Shown here piece after piece: positions 1 through 7,997 of a stretch of DNA of 17,793 nt. The position numbers were made by a program, and so were the translations under genes. The stretch is from Candidatus Bathyarchaeia archaeon. Its GTDB lineage: Archaea > Thermoproteota > Bathyarchaeia > Bathyarchaeales > Bathycorpusculaceae. The stretch covers positions 1 to 17,793 of the forward strand of contig JBEKXL010000035.1 of assembly GCA_049512075.1 (NCBI GenBank), written 5' to 3'. Every line of letters begins with the position of its first letter. The stretch's first letter is position 1. The notes beneath the pieces are model-generated. The model had not been told where the DNA came from, did no database searches, and saw only the letters and a program-made list of their open reading frames with translations.

Positions 1-368
1 TCTCGCGCACGTATTCCCTTGAGCGCGGGGATGAGGTCCTCGACATTCCTCCCTGAGTAGGATACAAAATCCCCTGTGATCGCAACGATGTCCGGCTCCT
101 GCTGGTTGATCAAGCCAACAACGCCTTTCAAGCGATCTGCAGAGATCCATTGCCCGTAATGGATGTCGCTGATGTGCACTATTCGGTAGCCTTGGAAGAG
201 GGTCGAAAGCCCTGGGATATTGATTTTAACTTTCACGACATCGAAATCGCCCGGGTTGAACCTCTGTCCCACCAACTTAGAAGATCTCGACATCATCTTT
301 TGCGCGCCTCTTCGGAGGCGGAAGGTCAAATCTTCTCTAGCATCTTCCACAGGCTTTCGCTTTCTCAT
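1..368 (-). CDS. Metallophosphoesterase (YkuE/calcineurin-like), runs off the window start
   Basis: Manual translation from the ATG at 368: MRKRKPVEDA...GYRIVHISDIHYGQW...EPDIVAITGDFVS. It carries the DxH and GD motifs of the calcineurin-like family. Not in the ORF track because it is open at the edge. Confidence 0.9.
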   Translation of the reverse strand, partial: MRKRKPVEDAREDLTFRLRRGAQKMMSRSSKLVGQRFNPGDFDVVKVKINIPGLSTLFQGYRIVHISDIHYGQWISADRLKGVVGLINQQEPDIVAITGDFVSYSGRNVEDLIPALKGIRAR

Positions 369-471
369 TAACCAAACGCCCTTATCAATTGCCTAAGCGC
401 ATGTCGCTCATAATGAGCAAAGTTGGTCAATATATTCTGTTTGTCCCTGTTCATGCTGTAATAGCGCGCTA

Positions 472-936
472 GGGCGTTGCTAAATTGGTATAAAATGGTA
501 TTTATTCTCCTTTTGCCTATTCGTGTCTAATATGGACTCGTTTGATAGACAAATCCTAGCCGTGCTGAAGGACGGCAAATCAGCGGATTTCCATCAGATC
601 CTAAAGGAAGTGAGGTTTTCGCACAACACCTTGAGGCTGCACCTGGCCAGCTTGGAACGTCAAGGCATCATCGTGAAAGCTGAAACGGCTAAGAATAGTC
701 CTGGAAGACCCAGTTTCACCTACACCTTGCCTCCGAATATCAGGCAACGAGTTGATCTGGTCGTCACGGAGCCCCAAACCACCATTGTCAGCCTGACCTT
801 CCAGAAGCTACGGCATCTGTGCAGATTCGAGAAAGGCGGATACTGCAAGAAAATCAGAAACAAGTGTGCGCCTCAAAACTGCCTCCAAATCCTGAAAAAC
901 GAATAAATACCATTTTTGACCAATTTAGCAACAGGC
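472..936. mobile_element. Non-autonomous TIR element (MITE/transporter-IS-like) carrying a wHTH gene
   Basis: 476-507 GTTGCTAAATTGGTATAAAATGGTATTTATTC matches 901-932 GAATAAATACCATTTTTGACCAATTTAGCAAC as a 30/32 inverted repeat. TA (or CTAG) lies on both sides. No transposase inside. Confidence 0.75.
523..906 (+). CDS. Winged helix-turn-helix protein (ArsR/DeoR-like) with C-terminal 4-Cys motif
   Basis: DRQILAVLK...SHNTLRLHLASLERQGII...GRPSFTY is a wHTH signature. C-terminus CRFEKGGYCKKIRNKCAPQNC is a putative Zn site. Confidence 0.85.
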   Translation: MSNMDSFDRQILAVLKDGKSADFHQILKEVRFSHNTLRLHLASLERQGIIVKAETAKNSPGRPSFTYTLPPNIRQRVDLVVTEPQTTIVSLTFQKLRHLCRFEKGGYCKKIRNKCAPQNCLQILKNE

Positions 937-1157
937 TAGCGCGCCTTAATCAATTACTGTTGGCGACATCACCCGCACAATCCCCTCTTTTCTTCCAGAG
1001 AAAAGCATTTTTGACGATTATGAACGTGTGTGAAGTAGGCGGAGTATGGAAAATAATGGCCGGGGTGAGGTTTTTAGGTCAAAGTGGCGATGTCTCCCAC
1101 AACTAATTCTCTTTTTTGAGATTATCAGGAAAACGTTCCGACTTCTAGCGCGCGCGC

Positions 1158-1262
1158 TACTGGGTTTTGTAGCCTTCAGTTGTCAGCTGCTGAACGATAT
1201 GCTGATAGTTGATTCAGGTCCTTGTTTTTTCCCTGAAAATGCACTACTTTCTCAGTTACCAA
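1158..1262 (-). pseudogene. 5' fragment of a hypothetical gene, frameshifted and truncated at a (CG)n tract
   Basis: GGGTG RBS then TTG: MVTEKVVHFQGKNKDLNQLS / shifted frame IVQQLTTEGYKTQ, followed by the tract at 1148-1157. Confidence 0.5.
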
Positions 1263-1409
1263 ATTGACACCCCAACACCTATTTGGCGCAGCGGCTAATT
1301 AATAGTTTTTCGGAATTAGACCCATTCTTACTACTCTCATAGTAGGAGCGCGCGCGCTTAACAGCTCCTTATTAGTCTTGATGAATGAACTATAGTTGAA
1401 GGGATTTAG

Positions 1410-2108
1410 TTGAGTCAGGGTTCAACTGGAAGCGTTCTTGTGATGGTGCCAACCTTAAACGAGGAGAGAGGGATAAGAAGGGTTCTAAAAGGTGTGCCAA
1501 AAGATAGCGATGTCTTGGTTGTGGACGGTGGCAGTACAGATGAAACCGTCGAAGTGGCAAGGCAATATCGAGTTAGAGTGATTAGACAGAAGTTCGGGAG
1601 AGGTAAGGGTTGCGGTGTAAGGACAGGGATGGAATTCTTTCTCAGCAGTAAATACGACGTTTTGTGCATGATTGATGGCGACGGAAGCAATGATCCTGAG
1701 GAGTTGCCAAAGATGAGTGAGGCCATGAAGGATGAAAAGGCCGAGGTTGTGCTTGGTTCAAGGGTAAGGGGGAAACGAGAAAAAGGCGCTATGACTCTAT
1801 TTACAATTTTTTCCAACGTCATTGTGTCGCTGTTTCTTGGGTTGCGATTCCTAAGAATTTTTACAGATGTACAAACAGGCTATTGGGCATTCAGCAGGAA
1901 AGCGGTTGAAACTCTTTACCCAAGGTTGAAGGCTAAGGGATTCGAGATAGAAATGGAGATTTTCGTGTCGACATTGGACGTTGGGCTGAAATGCATTGAG
2001 GTGCCCGTGGGATTCAAAAAACGATTGGGTAAAACGAAGTTTCGTCTTTTTTTACGTTTCAGAAATTTTGGCTACATGATTTACTACTGGTTACGCTCTT
2101 TCTTTTGA
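1410..2108 (+). CDS. Glycosyltransferase family 2 (DPM1/polyprenol-phosphate glycosyltransferase-like)
   Basis: Motifs VPTLNEE, VVDGGSTDET, GKG, IDGDGSNDP, GSR, TDVQTGY, GFEIEME. Confidence 0.92.
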   Translation: MSQGSTGSVLVMVPTLNEERGIRRVLKGVPKDSDVLVVDGGSTDETVEVARQYRVRVIRQKFGRGKGCGVRTGMEFFLSSKYDVLCMIDGDGSNDPEELPKMSEAMKDEKAEVVLGSRVRGKREKGAMTLFTIFSNVIVSLFLGLRFLRIFTDVQTGYWAFSRKAVETLYPRLKAKGFEIEMEIFVSTLDVGLKCIEVPVGFKKRLGKTKFRLFLRFRNFGYMIYYWLRSFF

Positions 2109-2602
2109 GTAGAAGAATGATGATAATCAATGCATTGTTAAAGCGCGCGCTAATCATTTTTCGAGTTAGCAGAAAACTTTTGACGTTCTTGTCTCGCTTG
2201 CTGTGTCCATATACGATTCGGGGAGGAGGTTTTTCCTGCTTGGAGGTAACTCTCGAGTGGAACAACCCTTAATGCGCGCGCGGTATTTGTCTATGTCCTG
2301 CTTTATGTCCATGCTGTTGGACTATTCAGCCTTGACCTCTGCTCAGCAGACTGGATATCACTGTATATGACTTGGGAACTTGGCACTTAGTGACTCATTA
2401 TATCCACATACTGAAGCGCGCGAGTGGCGTTCCATAACCAAGGACTGGCGAAGTTCGTTTGATTCCACACGAACGTTCTCACTTAAGCTTGCCACGTGAA
2501 ACTGAAAAAGTAGTCTCCTTAAAAAGATAGGGATTAAACCACACCCCGCGCGCTATAGATAGTTCTCTAGATGACTGAGAAAAGAGCCTAGTACAGCGCG
2601 CA

Positions 2603-2794
2603 CTAGAGAGATCGTTGAGGGCATTGAAAACCGAAGGAGCAATTGATGATTACCGTACAAGAACCGTAAGGACTGGCAAGTATCATTACAGAATAGACAT
2701 AAGACTCGTTTTAACTGCAGAGCAGGCAAAAATCATATTAAACGACTTGGTAACCAAAATACTTAGAATGTCCCGGTGGGATAATGGTCACTAA
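2603..2794 (+). pseudogene. 5'-truncated paralog of the 7998..8318 gene
   Basis: LERSLRALKTEGAIDDYRTRTVRTGKYHYRIDIRLVLTAEQAKIILNDLVTKILR versus LERSLRGLKTEGSIDDYRTRTVRTDKYHYRIDIRIVLTAKQAKIILNDLVAKILR. No start codon; similarity begins right after the GCGCGC at 2596-2601. Confidence 0.9.
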
Positions 2795-3296
2795 AGTTGC
2801 TGAAACAGATAGAGTGGATGCTGAAATAGACGAAATAGCACAAAGGATTTTGTTAGAGCTTGAAAGCGCAAGTTCCAAGGATTTGTCAGACGCTCATTAT
2901 GCAAAAATGATGCTGCGTTTATCAGACGTCCATTACGCAAAAAGGGTACTGCAACAGATAGCAAGCGTTACAAAGCAAAGCAGTGGAGTTGAAAGTAAGA
3001 TCGAGAAAAGAGCAGTGATCAAGGTTCTGTTGTTTTCTACGTGGGTGCAGAGACTTTATTTCATCATAAGATCCTTCATCATGGGGGAGATAGGTGGGAC
3101 CGTTACATTCCTTTTCATATGGTACATGGGCCAAGTAAGCGCTATTGTAAATTTTGAATTCGGCATAATTGTGTTTTTGTTCACATTGGTCATAACAAGA
3201 CTGTTTGATGCGCAAATAACCAAAGCTACAAAAAAAATCGTCGAACTTATGGCCAATCATAGAACTATTAGGGATTTCATCATGAATCACTTCTAG
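2784..3296 (+). CDS. Hypothetical membrane protein (two C-terminal TM helices)
   Basis: 170-aa ORF with two hydrophobic segments. A close paralog lies at 12935-13419. Confidence 0.85.
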   Translation: MVTKVAETDRVDAEIDEIAQRILLELESASSKDLSDAHYAKMMLRLSDVHYAKRVLQQIASVTKQSSGVESKIEKRAVIKVLLFSTWVQRLYFIIRSFIMGEIGGTVTFLFIWYMGQVSAIVNFEFGIIVFLFTLVITRLFDAQITKATKKIVELMANHRTIRDFIMNHF

Positions 3297-3315
3297 GTGA
3301 AGATTATGCGCGCGC

Positions 3316-3416
3316 CAGACCAAAGCAACAGTACTTCGCGATGGAAATCAAAAGGAAATACCAGTCGAAAAAATTGTGCCAGGCGATGTCATCATCCTCA
3401 ACGCTGGATACCTGAT
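3316..3416 (+). pseudogene. 101-bp internal fragment of a P-type ATPase (actuator domain)
   Basis: QTKATVLRDGNQKEIPVEKIVPGDVIILNAGYL matches the P-type ATPase pattern A.V.RDG....IP..ELVPGD.V.L..GD.IPAD. Bounded by tracts at 3308-3315 and 3417-3425. Confidence 0.88.
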
Positions 3417-3427
3417 GCGCGCGCGAA

Positions 3428-3561
3428 GCTGAGAACGTCGTGAACTCCGGCTGTTGGGTCACAGACTCATCTGTCTATGACACGGTCGTAGAACTGAGCG
3501 CGGGAAACCAAGACTGTCTATCTTTGAGGGGCGTGAAATAACAGAAAGGATTGCTATTTAG
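3428..3561 (+). pseudogene. 3' fragment of a metallophosphoesterase-like gene, frameshifted
   Basis: AENVVNSGCWVTDSSVYDTVVELSAG / PRLSIFEGREITERIAI*. NSGCW resembles the C-terminal N(T/S)GxW motif of LpxH-like phosphoesterases. Confidence 0.55.
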
Positions 3562-3793
3562 TCTTGTTCTGGTTGCTCTACTGGCCGCTCTCTAAGTTTT
3601 CTGGCACTCAGAATCACATCCTATCAGTTTACACAAGTTGGTTAGTTGGATAAAAATTCTCTCCAACAACAAACTCGGTTCAGCTATAACTTTTCCGCAA
3701 AGCGCGCGCTTTAAGAGGACTGATAGATGCTTCTTCTATTCGCATTTAAACATTAACGGTTCAATGAAGCACCAATCTCATAAGAGCGCGCGC

Positions 3794-3865
3794 CTTAGAA
3801 ACTAAGATTTCACTCAAATCATGAAACTCATCACAGACTTTCTTCAATTCTTCAATTCCACTCAT
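3794..3865 (-). pseudogene. Orphan gene start (RBS + 24 codons) truncated at a (CG)n tract
   Basis: GAAGGAGAAGGA..ATG then MSGIEELKKVCDEFHDLSEILVSK, followed directly by the tract at 3786-3793. The upstream limit is the tract at 3883-3893. Confidence 0.5.
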
Positions 3866-3893
3866 ATTAAATCCTTCTCCTTCGCGCGCGCGC

Positions 3894-4121
3894 CTATAAC
3901 CAGAGCCCTCTACACGTATGGACTTAAAGAGTTCCAGCAGTTCTATCAATCCCAAGGAACAATCAGCCAATTCATAGACCGAGTGCAGAAAGATATGAAG
4001 CAGACATGACTGGAAAGAAAAACAGAAGGTAGCTCAAAACACTCTGAGAGACTTCAGCGTGGCCCTGCAAGCAAAAGGGTTAGCGCCAACATCAATACGC
4101 TCATTCATATCATCAGTTCAA
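3894..4121 (+). pseudogene. N-terminal (SAM-like/core-binding) fragment of a tyrosine recombinase/integrase
   Basis: ITRALYTYGLKEFQQFYQSQGTISQFIDRVQKDMKQT / DWKEKQKVAQNTLRDFSVALQAKGLAPTSIRSFISSVQ has the T...Y...L..F and L...GLAP.SIR patterns of integrase N-domains. Frameshift near 4005, no catalytic domain, (CG)n tract on each side. Confidence 0.7.
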
Positions 4122-4520
4122 GCGCGCGCTATGGCAAGAATCAATGAAATTACTAAAGAAGTGCTGAACCCAATGGCTATTATGCTAGCATATAAAAAAG
4201 GTGAAAGAGACTTTTCGTTGTCCAACTACTTTTCGGGTGAAGAAGGTGAGATCTTCCTATCCAGCAATACAATTTATAAAGAAAGACTCCCGTTTAATTT
4301 GTTGCAGACGGAATATGAACAATTAACGGACCCAAGTCGAGTCTTTGGCACATTCCTACAATCGGAGTTGATACAACCATGATGGCAGAAGATTACTCTG
4401 AGAAATCTATAAGTATGGAAAAGATGAAGAAGTCGGTCGATCGATCGATTCCTCCGATAAAGTGGACGACTTCTCGTCTATTTGCAACGGTCCCCCCATA
4501 TGTAGGGTGAGGTCTGAAGC

Positions 4521-5633
4521 ATGAGTCAGGAGACCGCGGACCCGACTGAGGCACCGACGGGCGGCTTTCAGCTGCCCAGATCGGTCATAAAGTGGGTAGC
4601 CGCGGGCTTGGTTCTACCCTCCGCCGTTCTTATCATTATCTCGTTATATTCGGGCGTGAAGCTCTCGGATTTTGAAAGTATCGGTTACTTGACATTCGGC
4701 CTAGCAGCTGCTACATCTGTGGCCAAGCTCCTCGTCCAGATCGTGCGGTTCAGAGTGATAACGGTAGGCTTGGCTGGTGACCCGAAAATGGATTTGAGTG
4801 GCTTGGCGCTTACCAGAGTAAGCAGCGAGTTCCTCTCGATATCTACACCCACACCGAGTACGGGCGTCTTTATACGCTCTGCCTGGCTGTCGAAGAAGGG
4901 GGTGACCGGCGGCAAGGCGCTCTGGATTGGCTATTTTGAGGTACTCATCGAGGTATATGTTGGTGCTGGTCTCGGAATTGCCGCGGGCGCATACGCCTTC
5001 TTGAAGGGCGCGGTCGTCCTGGGGTCAACAATTGTTGTGATTGCGCTGGTCTTGATTGCTGGGTACACGATCATTTTCATAATTCCGGCTAGGAGAGCCA
5101 TCAAGGTTCCTCATTTTGTTTTCACGATTGCCAAGTATCTGGTAGGTGGCCCAAGAGCTACAGCCCTCTATCTTCACGCTGTCGTCGGCTCTCTGAATTT
5201 TTCAGTTTCCGCGCGCGCAATTCTAACGAGAGGTACAATACCCTTAGCGCTAAAGGCTGTTGTTCTGACCATCGCTGAGAATTTGTTGGACGGTGCGGGT
5301 CTCTGGTTTGTGCTAAACGCCGCAGGCTTGAAGATCGACCTGCTCTCCTGTACCATTGTAGTCCACGGTGTGGACACCATCGCTCAACTCCCGGTATCCA
5401 TAGGCGGCGCGGGACTCACGGAGCTCACCATGCAGGGCTACCTGATTGCAATCTATGGATTCTCCTCGTGGGCGTCCATTATAATATGGAGAGTCGCCGC
5501 TTATCAAGTCCTACTAGCGACAACTGGTATCGTGTTTCTGTTCTTCGTGCTCAAGAATACGAAGCATGCCGAGAAGCCACGTGAAGTGGAGCACCAGAAG
5601 GATGCCAAGGGATTCTTGCAAGATGGGGGATAG
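4521..5633 (+). CDS. Lysylphosphatidylglycerol synthase TM region / UPF0104 flippase-like membrane protein
   Basis: Multi-TM protein with TP..S.G..IR and LPVSIGGAGLTE...IIIWR motifs. Confidence 0.85.
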   Translation: MSQETADPTEAPTGGFQLPRSVIKWVAAGLVLPSAVLIIISLYSGVKLSDFESIGYLTFGLAAATSVAKLLVQIVRFRVITVGLAGDPKMDLSGLALTRVSSEFLSISTPTPSTGVFIRSAWLSKKGVTGGKALWIGYFEVLIEVYVGAGLGIAAGAYAFLKGAVVLGSTIVVIALVLIAGYTIIFIIPARRAIKVPHFVFTIAKYLVGGPRATALYLHAVVGSLNFSVSARAILTRGTIPLALKAVVLTIAENLLDGAGLWFVLNAAGLKIDLLSCTIVVHGVDTIAQLPVSIGGAGLTELTMQGYLIAIYGFSSWASIIIWRVAAYQVLLATTGIVFLFFVLKNTKHAEKPREVEHQKDAKGFLQDGG

Positions 5634-6082
5634 AAAGGGACATCCCAGAGCAGAGCATTTCAGAGCAAGAACAACGAGCAGGAATCACGCATTGAGGCCG
5701 TAGTACTTCTACCCCGCGGGAATCATCTAGAACGCGTGGTTTCCAGCGAAGCTGATCATTGCGAGGGCGTTCTCGAAGGTTATCATGAAGCCAATCATAC
5801 GGGCGCGCGCGCAAATGCCCACAGGGTACTTCAGAATGTAGCAAGGAGTCAAGCATAGTGTAGTCTACGCATCAACATTGCAGCATGCGCGCAATCCAAT
5901 ATCCTGACGCTGCCAAAATGCTGAAATAGTTGTGTTGTTTGTATTCTTTGGCATAATTTGCTATTGGTGCTGTACTAAACCTATAGAGGCTAGAGCTGAA
6001 TGAAAATCAATAGAACAAATTTGATTCGTGTTTCTGCGGCTGGTCTTTCTAAGACCATCGCCCGTTCATCCACCAAGAACAA

Positions 6083-6427
6083 GTGCAAGGCTGGACGTTG
6101 AATTCATTGTCAGCAACTTCAGGGACGGATGACTTTGCAACCACGTTTGCAAATGCGGTGCACGGTGGACTGGATAAGGTTCTAGGTCAGAGCGGGAGGG
6201 CGGCGGTCTTAACTCACATGAAGATGACTAGTAATCTTCCCGACCCGGCTGAATTTCATAAAAAGTTGCTCACACTTTTCGGCAAAGAAGGAACACTTTC
6301 GCTGGAAAGAGCGATAGTTAAGGATCTTGTGACGAGGCTCAAGTGGGCGCTAGACCTTTTGAGCATAGACGGATCCTTCGATTTCAACACGGCCATGCTC
6401 AAGATCAAGAAGGGTATGAAAGCATGA
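6083..6427 (+). CDS. Small helical protein resembling DUF3227/NitrOD5-type KaiC-partner domains
   Basis: AVHGGLDKVLGQSGRAAVL...PAEFHKKLLTLFGKEGTLSLERAIVKDL. ATGA overlap with the downstream ATPase. True start may lie slightly downstream. Confidence 0.65.
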   Translation: MQGWTLNSLSATSGTDDFATTFANAVHGGLDKVLGQSGRAAVLTHMKMTSNLPDPAEFHKKLLTLFGKEGTLSLERAIVKDLVTRLKWALDLLSIDGSFDFNTAMLKIKKGMKA

Positions 6428-7857
6428 CGACTAGAAAAAGCCCAGAATTGAAACCCCTTATTCAGGTGGATAGCCAAGGGGGTATTGCTGGTTCTGGAGC
6501 AGATGATCTGGCGGAGACACGGATAGCTGCTGTACTTGGTCTGAAACAATTCACGCAGCGACCCGTCAGAACCTTACTCGTCAAAGGTCTCGCAGGTACT
6601 GGCAAGACAACAATCGCCCTTGAAATTCTCAAGGCAGCGGGCAAAGGGAAAGGCGCGTACATATCCTCAAGAGTTCCAAAAGAACTCCTTGAAATGCAGA
6701 TACCAGCCATGCAGAAGACCTTACAGAATCAAGAGTTCTACGACATTAGGCTCGAGGACGCGACAACAGCACTGGATTTTGTCATCCAACTGACGGGGCC
6801 CAAGAAAGTCAGAACCATTGTGTTTGATAGTTGGGATGGCCTCGCGAAGGAATTGGACCACAAGGAAAGGTTACGAGCCGAGAAGACTATGATGGCCCTT
6901 GCAAATAATTCCGGCGCCCAACTTGTCTTTGTCAGCGAGGAACCCGGCGCCACGACCATAGACTATCTCGTCGATGGTATCCTCGAGTTGGTGAGGGTTG
7001 AAGAACAAGACCGTGCGGTACGAGAATTCATCATACACAAACTGCGTGGGACAAAGATACCCCAACACAAGTATCTCTTTACACTTCTAGAAGGAAAATT
7101 CACTTTCTTCGGACCCTACGCCATTCCCGATTACTCGAAGGTGGACAAGTTTGTTCGAAGGCCTGACATCGATGGATCCTATTCTTTCGGGAGTGGGGCT
7201 CTGGATAGACTGTTTGGAGGCATAATTCCTGGGAGCACCCTGGCTATCGAATATGATGAGAATGTTCCCTACCCTGCGCTCAGAACGATCGAGCTGCCTC
7301 CCATCATCAACTTTCTGTCGATGGGAAGGAGTGCGATCCTTCTCCCATTACCAGGCGCAAATGACGAGCGAACGAACTCGATTCTGACCAAAACGGTTGG
7401 CAAAAGTGTTGTAAGCGACCGACTCCGCATTCTCAACGTAGTCAGAACTAGCGACCTTGAGACCACGGAAATGCTGAAAAATGTCACGCCCAATGAAATC
7501 CATGAAATGGTAACTAGAGAGACGACAAGACTGCGGGAGAAATCGAAGGACAAGTCCGTGTTACTCGTAAAGTCCGTGAGTGCTCTAGAGAACTTGTTCG
7601 CTTCGGATTTGGATTCACTGCTCGAAGTGACCTCCCAAGAGATAATCACCCTCGCACAGTCGCATGATGCGCACATTCTCTTCTTGGCAAAGGATTCGCC
7701 TATCCGGTCGCGCATCCTCTCGATGAGTTCCAGTTACGCAAAATTGTTCGTTAGAGATGGCACCGTTCTGATGTTTGGCGTGAAGCCTCACACTGGGATT
7801 TACGTATTACAACACCTCGAGGATCCCACTTCTCCATCACTAACCCAAATGGTGTGA
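6424..7857 (+). CDS. GvpD-like / KaiC-RAD55 superfamily P-loop ATPase
   Basis: Walker A GLAGTGKTT, Walker B IVFDSWD, YISSRV, IDYLVDGILEL, KLRG motif, and a second degenerate RecA-like domain. Start set at the ATG at 6424, coupled to the upstream stop. Confidence 0.85.
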   Translation: MTTRKSPELKPLIQVDSQGGIAGSGADDLAETRIAAVLGLKQFTQRPVRTLLVKGLAGTGKTTIALEILKAAGKGKGAYISSRVPKELLEMQIPAMQKTLQNQEFYDIRLEDATTALDFVIQLTGPKKVRTIVFDSWDGLAKELDHKERLRAEKTMMALANNSGAQLVFVSEEPGATTIDYLVDGILELVRVEEQDRAVREFIIHKLRGTKIPQHKYLFTLLEGKFTFFGPYAIPDYSKVDKFVRRPDIDGSYSFGSGALDRLFGGIIPGSTLAIEYDENVPYPALRTIELPPIINFLSMGRSAILLPLPGANDERTNSILTKTVGKSVVSDRLRILNVVRTSDLETTEMLKNVTPNEIHEMVTRETTRLREKSKDKSVLLVKSVSALENLFASDLDSLLEVTSQEIITLAQSHDAHILFLAKDSPIRSRILSMSSSYAKLFVRDGTVLMFGVKPHTGIYVLQHLEDPTSPSLTQMV

Positions 7858-7997
7858 TCCGTTTCCACATCCATCTATCATATTGTTTAGGTTCCAAGCC
7901 TGATTTCGTGCATAAACGGTCTGTCCCTCGACACCACTCAAGCCAAGATACAGAACTTTTGAATCTCTTATTGCTTTTCTGATTTCATCTTTAGTGC

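Noticed and set aside
150-371. 73-aa plus-strand ORF
   Set aside because: Antisense shadow of the metallophosphoesterase gene.
819-1267. ORFs 819..1106 and 1046..1267 (likewise 5551..5856, 8606..8809, 10546..10962, 10835..11077, 15235..15450)
   Set aside because: They read through (CG)n joints or overlap real genes and show no family motifs; probably spurious.
6343-6423. N-terminal extension of the ATPase given by the ORF track
   Set aside because: Overlaps the upstream gene. The ATG at 6424 gives standard ATGA coupling.
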